The position numbers and the translations under genes are program-made. The notes under the pieces were generated by a model. It had not been told where the DNA came from and searched no databases. It saw only the letters and a program-made list of their open reading frames with translations. Shown in pieces: positions 60,093 through 64,000 of a stretch of DNA of 64,000 bases (the first letter of the stretch is position 1; every line of letters starts with the position of its first letter). The DNA is from Cyanobacteria bacterium auto_48_18 (GTDB taxonomy: Bacteria; Cyanobacteriota; Vampirovibrionia; Obscuribacterales; Obscuribacteraceae): assembly GCA_036170915.1 (NCBI GenBank), contig JAVHQC010000030.1, forward strand, positions 66,421 through 130,420, read 5' to 3'.

Positions 60093-60492
60093 TGTGCATA
60101 ATTCTATATACAAATGAATATACTGAAGGTGAGCTGGTGGTTCACGAGCTTGGCTACCGCGCTTTATATAAAGAACAGCCCTGAAGTGCATCCTTCAAAT
60201 TGTCAGCAGATATGCATGATATTTTCATCGGGGGACTTTCTATCTCAACCGATCTGGCTATACTTATTACATAAGCGGTGAGCACACACCAATAAATAAG
60301 TTGAGTGCTTTGAGCCGAGGGGTTAAGTGGAAACATCAGGTCTGCGCAGACCAGAAACTGTAACGATAACCCGCTAACTGTGGATTCTGACTTGAAGCAG
60401 TAAGAAATATCGAGTCTACGCAATAGACTGTCAGCCGATAGTAATTAGACCACCGCAGATTTATCTGGGTGGTCTTTTTGTTTGTGCAATTT
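60093..60492 (+). repeat. ~400-bp non-coding repeat unit, copy 2
   Basis: Constant offset of +982 from copy 1 through the -10 box. Confidence 0.92.
60271..60479 (+). ncRNA. Unassigned structured RNA, copy 2
   Basis: TATACT at 60259-60264; same stems and terminator as copy 1. Confidence 0.75.
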
Positions 60493-60547
60493 AGAATGGG
60501 GTCATCCATAAGACTTTTAGGTCGATACAGATAAGCAGGGTCGGTTA

Positions 60548-61249
60548 TTGAAGCAATTTGTAAAAATCACAATGCTCGCCCTCGCTTGCCCGTGCCTAGC
60601 GTTGGCAGTTCTAGCATCTCTTCGATGCTTTGTGGAAGCACGCAAAATTCCCAGCACCTCGATGCAACCAACAATCATGGTTGGTGATCGAATTCTTTTA
60701 GAAAAAGTATCAAAATTGACTGGCCGACTGGCGGAGAGAGGGGCAATTATCGTCTTCTATCCGCCGCCCATGGTATTGCCGAATAGGCAAGACTTGAGTA
60801 TGGATATTCCCCATTTGCTTGGCCGTTCGACCGGTTTGCCAATTTTCCCGGTCGAACCTGCCTATATCAAACGGATAATTGCTACCGCTGGCGATACCGT
60901 CAAAATAAACAGCAATGGTGCTGTTTTTGTGAATGGCAAACTTCTTTCGGAGCCTTACTTAAAATTGAACGGCACGGATGAACTCACAACTTCACAAGAA
61001 ACAAGCGGATCCACAACAGTGCATAGTCAAATTAGGCCATTTCAAAACGTTAGCTCACCATTTGTGGTGCCCAAAGGTTCAGTCTTTGTGCTCAGCGATG
61101 ATCGTAAACATGCTACTCAAGACAGTCGAATGTTTGGCTTTGTAGATGAAAGCCGCATTATAGGTCGAGCATGGATTCTGATTACTTCGGCATCAATTCG
61201 CTACATGCGTGAGCCGAATTGGACACGGCCTGCCGACCTGCAAGATTAG
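60548..61249 (+). CDS. lepB: Signal peptidase I paralog
   Basis: IPSTSMQPT (Ser), YIKRII (Lys), divergent box E SDDR..QDSR. Confidence 0.85.
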   Translation: MKQFVKITMLALACPCLALAVLASLRCFVEARKIPSTSMQPTIMVGDRILLEKVSKLTGRLAERGAIIVFYPPPMVLPNRQDLSMDIPHLLGRSTGLPIFPVEPAYIKRIIATAGDTVKINSNGAVFVNGKLLSEPYLKLNGTDELTTSQETSGSTTVHSQIRPFQNVSSPFVVPKGSVFVLSDDRKHATQDSRMFGFVDESRIIGRAWILITSASIRYMREPNWTRPADLQD

Positions 61250-61280
61250 TGCTTATCGACACTTTATGTGTCAAACATTT

Positions 61281-62996
61281 CTACTTAACTTTCCCTATAA
61301 AGACACCGTAAGCCGGCAAAGTAAGCGACTTAAGATTCACGTTGCTTGATCCTACTTCGTACGAGGCCAGCAGCGGCGCAGCTGATTCTGCTTCGATGCC
61401 ATTTGAGTTCAAATCGAGCTGAACAACTTTGGACGCTGGTGTCATATTCAGTGCCACGACGACACTGCCTTTATCAGTCTTTCGCAAATAAGAAAGAACA
61501 TCAGGATTTTTTTCGTCGACGGCAACATACTTACCATGCATCAACGCATCTTCTGTTTTGCGAAGCCGAATCAACTGTTTGTAGAAGTTGAGTACCGAGT
61601 CTTTATCGGCTGATTCAACAGCAACGTTAACCTGTTTGTAGTTGGGCGAGACCGGCAGCCACGGCTTTGCGGTGCTAAATCCGGCATTGATGTCAGCGTT
61701 CCATTGCATCGGAGTGCGCTCGCCATCACGTCCGATTTCAGCGGGCCAACCAATTTTTCCAATTGGATCTTGTACTTCCTCTTTTGTTTTGGGATCGTTG
61801 TTCTGCATTCCCAGCTCTTCGCCGTAATACATCATTGGTGTTCCACGTAAAGTAAGAAGCAAGGTGGCGGTCAACTTAGCAATTTCATTGTTGTGAGCTT
61901 TGTCACCATATCTGACGTAATGGCGCACCTGATCGTGATTGCTGAAGAAATACAGAGGCCAACCTTTAGCGGGATTGTTGTCCCATTCTTCTATGCGCTT
62001 TCGAAACTCTGGTACAGATAATTTATTGATATAGGCCAAAATGAAATTCATAGGCAGTTGAACCTCATCGAGATCCTTGCCATAAGATTTTGAAATTTCA
62101 GCAATATCAGATCCGCTGGTTTCGCCTATCAGCACTCGGTCGCCAGGATACTTATCGAGGACAGCGCGCAACTCGCGCAGCACATCGTGAACCTCCGGCA
62201 ATTTATCGTTATGCAAATATTCGGTATTAGGATCGCCGTATTGATTCTTACCTTCGCGCACCGGATTATCTGGCAATTTAGGATCTTCAAATAATGTCTG
62301 CACAGCATCGAGCCTGAAGCCTGCAACGCCCTTGTCGAGCCAGAAACGAGCAGCATCATACATTGCGGTGCGCACTTCAGGGTTGCGCCAATTTAGATCA
62401 GGTTGTTCAGGATAGAAAAAGTGATAATTGTATTGATTAGTTTTTGGATACAACTTCCAGGCGGAACCACCAAACAATGAAATCCAGTTGTTCGGCGGAC
62501 CGCTGGCGGAACCATCTTTCCAGATGTACCAATCTCTTTTTGGATTGTCTTTTGAACTCGCCGATTCTACAAACCATGGATGTTTATCAGAGCTGTGATT
62601 CATAACAAAATCCATAATAATTTTGATATCACGCTTTTTCGCTTCGGCAAGAAGTTCATCGAAATCGGCCATGGTTCCGTACTCTGGTGCTATCGCTTTA
62701 TAGTCCGAAATGTCATAGCCGAAATCTACTTGCGGTGATGGATAGCAAGGAGTAATCCATAACGCGTCAACGCCCAGGTCTTTTAGATAATCCAACTTTG
62801 AGGTGATGCCCTTAATGTCACCCATGCCATTGTTATCAGAGTCAGCAAAGCTGCGCGGGTAAATTTCGTAAACCACCGCTTGTTTCCACCAGGGCTCAGC
62901 TTTGACTGGCTCGTTGGCCACGACTGTGGTTGCGAAGCCGCTAAACAGCGACAAAGCCATCAGCGCAACAAAAGATTTGCGAACTTTGCTAAACAT
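61281..62996 (-). CDS. Secreted GH13 alpha-glucosidase / oligo-1,6-glucosidase
   Basis: YEIYPRSF, DFGYDISDY, QPDLNW, GFRLDAV, IGE, SNHD, RDGERTPMQW; signal peptide. Confidence 0.92.
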   Translation of the reverse strand: MFSKVRKSFVALMALSLFSGFATTVVANEPVKAEPWWKQAVVYEIYPRSFADSDNNGMGDIKGITSKLDYLKDLGVDALWITPCYPSPQVDFGYDISDYKAIAPEYGTMADFDELLAEAKKRDIKIIMDFVMNHSSDKHPWFVESASSKDNPKRDWYIWKDGSASGPPNNWISLFGGSAWKLYPKTNQYNYHFFYPEQPDLNWRNPEVRTAMYDAARFWLDKGVAGFRLDAVQTLFEDPKLPDNPVREGKNQYGDPNTEYLHNDKLPEVHDVLRELRAVLDKYPGDRVLIGETSGSDIAEISKSYGKDLDEVQLPMNFILAYINKLSVPEFRKRIEEWDNNPAKGWPLYFFSNHDQVRHYVRYGDKAHNNEIAKLTATLLLTLRGTPMMYYGEELGMQNNDPKTKEEVQDPIGKIGWPAEIGRDGERTPMQWNADINAGFSTAKPWLPVSPNYKQVNVAVESADKDSVLNFYKQLIRLRKTEDALMHGKYVAVDEKNPDVLSYLRKTDKGSVVVALNMTPASKVVQLDLNSNGIEAESAAPLLASYEVGSSNVNLKSLTLPAYGVFIGKVK

Positions 62997-63009
62997 GGTT
63001 TTCTCCGCC

Positions 63010-63663
63010 TTAATTTTCAATCTTTATAGACTTAGCCAGGGTTTTCAATTGTTTGATGCTTTCGTCGTAGACTTCCTGGCGGTCGGTCGTGGTCAAAGAA
63101 TAGATACCGTCTTTTACAGGAATCGTCACCACAAAACCGCGCAAGTTGCCCGCACCACCCAGAGCACCACTAAATTCAGTGCCGGCTTCACGCCTGCCGT
63201 TGGCAAGCTCCAGAGTGAATGGCTCTTCTTTATAGTCAGAGAGGCGCTGGCGAAAAGGATGCAACATTCCTTTCATCAATTCATCTTTGTTTGGCACCTT
63301 CTCAGACGCGCCACCATTAACGATCAAAATTGAAAAAACATTTTGTCCTAAGTTTTTACGCTCAGGCCCAAGAAATGCAAAAGTTCTACTGTTGCCTCGA
63401 TTTAATACCTGTAGTTTTGTTGGAGCACTGGCATGGATAGCGAATTTATGACCTTCAAATGTGAACGTTTGAGGGGGCGGTTGCAAACTAACTGTTGGTG
63501 TCTCGTCTGCACTTTTTATTCCTTCTTTAACTGCTTCATTATCTTTGTCAGTAATGGGGCCTTCACCATTGTTCGCGCTGCATGACTGCATCACAAAACA
63601 AACAGAAATTATTGACAGACTGGCGGTACAAAATCTAAAACAGTTTTTCCAATTCAGCATCAT
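63010..63663 (-). CDS. Hypothetical lipoprotein
   Basis: Lipobox-like MQSC. Start uncertain (63660-63687). Confidence 0.65.
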   Translation of the reverse strand: MMLNWKNCFRFCTASLSIISVCFVMQSCSANNGEGPITDKDNEAVKEGIKSADETPTVSLQPPPQTFTFEGHKFAIHASAPTKLQVLNRGNSRTFAFLGPERKNLGQNVFSILIVNGGASEKVPNKDELMKGMLHPFRQRLSDYKEEPFTLELANGRREAGTEFSGALGGAGNLRGFVVTIPVKDGIYSLTTTDRQEVYDESIKQLKTLAKSIKIEN

Positions 63664-63789
63664 CAACCCTTTGTATTTGTCCCGCATTGACCGGTTCGTT
63701 TTTGATGAAATTATGATACCAGCGCTTAAGGCCGCCCTATCTTTGCGCATGCTCGAATTGCGCCACGGCACTGGCATAGATTAGCTGCT

Positions 63790-64000
63790 TGTTCATAAGT
63801 GCATATACAAACGAAGTTGGTTATGGTGCAAGCCTGGTTCAAAATCTTGACTAGCTCAGCATATATGCGAATCGACCACTAAAGCCACTCGCAGAATTGT
63901 CAGCAGATATGCACTATATTTTCATCGGGGGACTTCCTATCTCAACCGATCTGGCTATACTTATTACATAAGCGGTGAGCACACACCAATAAATAAGTTG
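63790..64000 (+). repeat. Repeat unit copy 3 (promoter and first ~33 nt of the RNA; truncated by the window end)
   Basis: Offset +4679 from copy 1; near-identical to copy 2 from 63895 onward; TATACT at 63956-63961. Confidence 0.9.

Noticed and set aside
60154..60423. Repeat unit as a protein-coding gene (89-aa minus ORF; 24-aa MKI.CISADN ORF; open plus frame 58928-59281)
   Set aside because: Copy 3 has stops in both the short minus frame (ATG AAA ATA TAG) and the plus frame (TAA). There is no RBS and no synonymous substitution pattern.
399..63784. Numerous short antisense or overlapping ORFs in the six-frame track
   Set aside because: They overlap well-supported genes and lack motifs or RBSs, so they are treated as shadow ORFs.
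59111..64000. CRISPR, TIGR-like array or integron attC cassettes
   Set aside because: The units are long, dispersed and not tandem. No cas, Tas or integrase gene is in the window, and no attC core-site pairs are present.

Overview
Bacterial chromosomal window, probably from a non-photosynthetic cyanobacterial relative (Vampirovibrionia/Melainabacteria, Obscuribacterales-like). This taxonomy is an inference from gene content, not a search result. Most of the window is housekeeping and metabolic: pth, gcvPA, lepB, recF, ribF, gyrB, lpxK, waaA, priA, rpsB-tsf-pyrH-frr, glmS, kynurenine-type catabolic genes and a two-component system. Two things stand out. (1) Three copies (about 59111-59511, 60093-60492, and 63790 to the window end) of a ~400-bp non-coding unit that I cannot assign to a known family. 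Each has an indel-free, footprinted promoter, a ~209-nt multi-stem RNA with a candidate pseudoknot, and an intrinsic terminator (copy 3 is truncated by the window edge). (2) A minus-strand complex IV/complex III operon (13724 to 4940) with a cbb3-type oxidase and two different cytochromes b. The first keeps a Qo-like motif but has lost both heme bH His ligands. The second has all four His and is fused to a 2x[4Fe-4S] domain, followed by an MvhD-like [2Fe-2S] protein and an unannotated 41-aa membrane peptide. Also seen: a catalytically degenerate RNase J, a gene interrupted by one in-frame TAG, and several palindromic or repeat sites. All calls were made by eye from motifs; no database searches were run.
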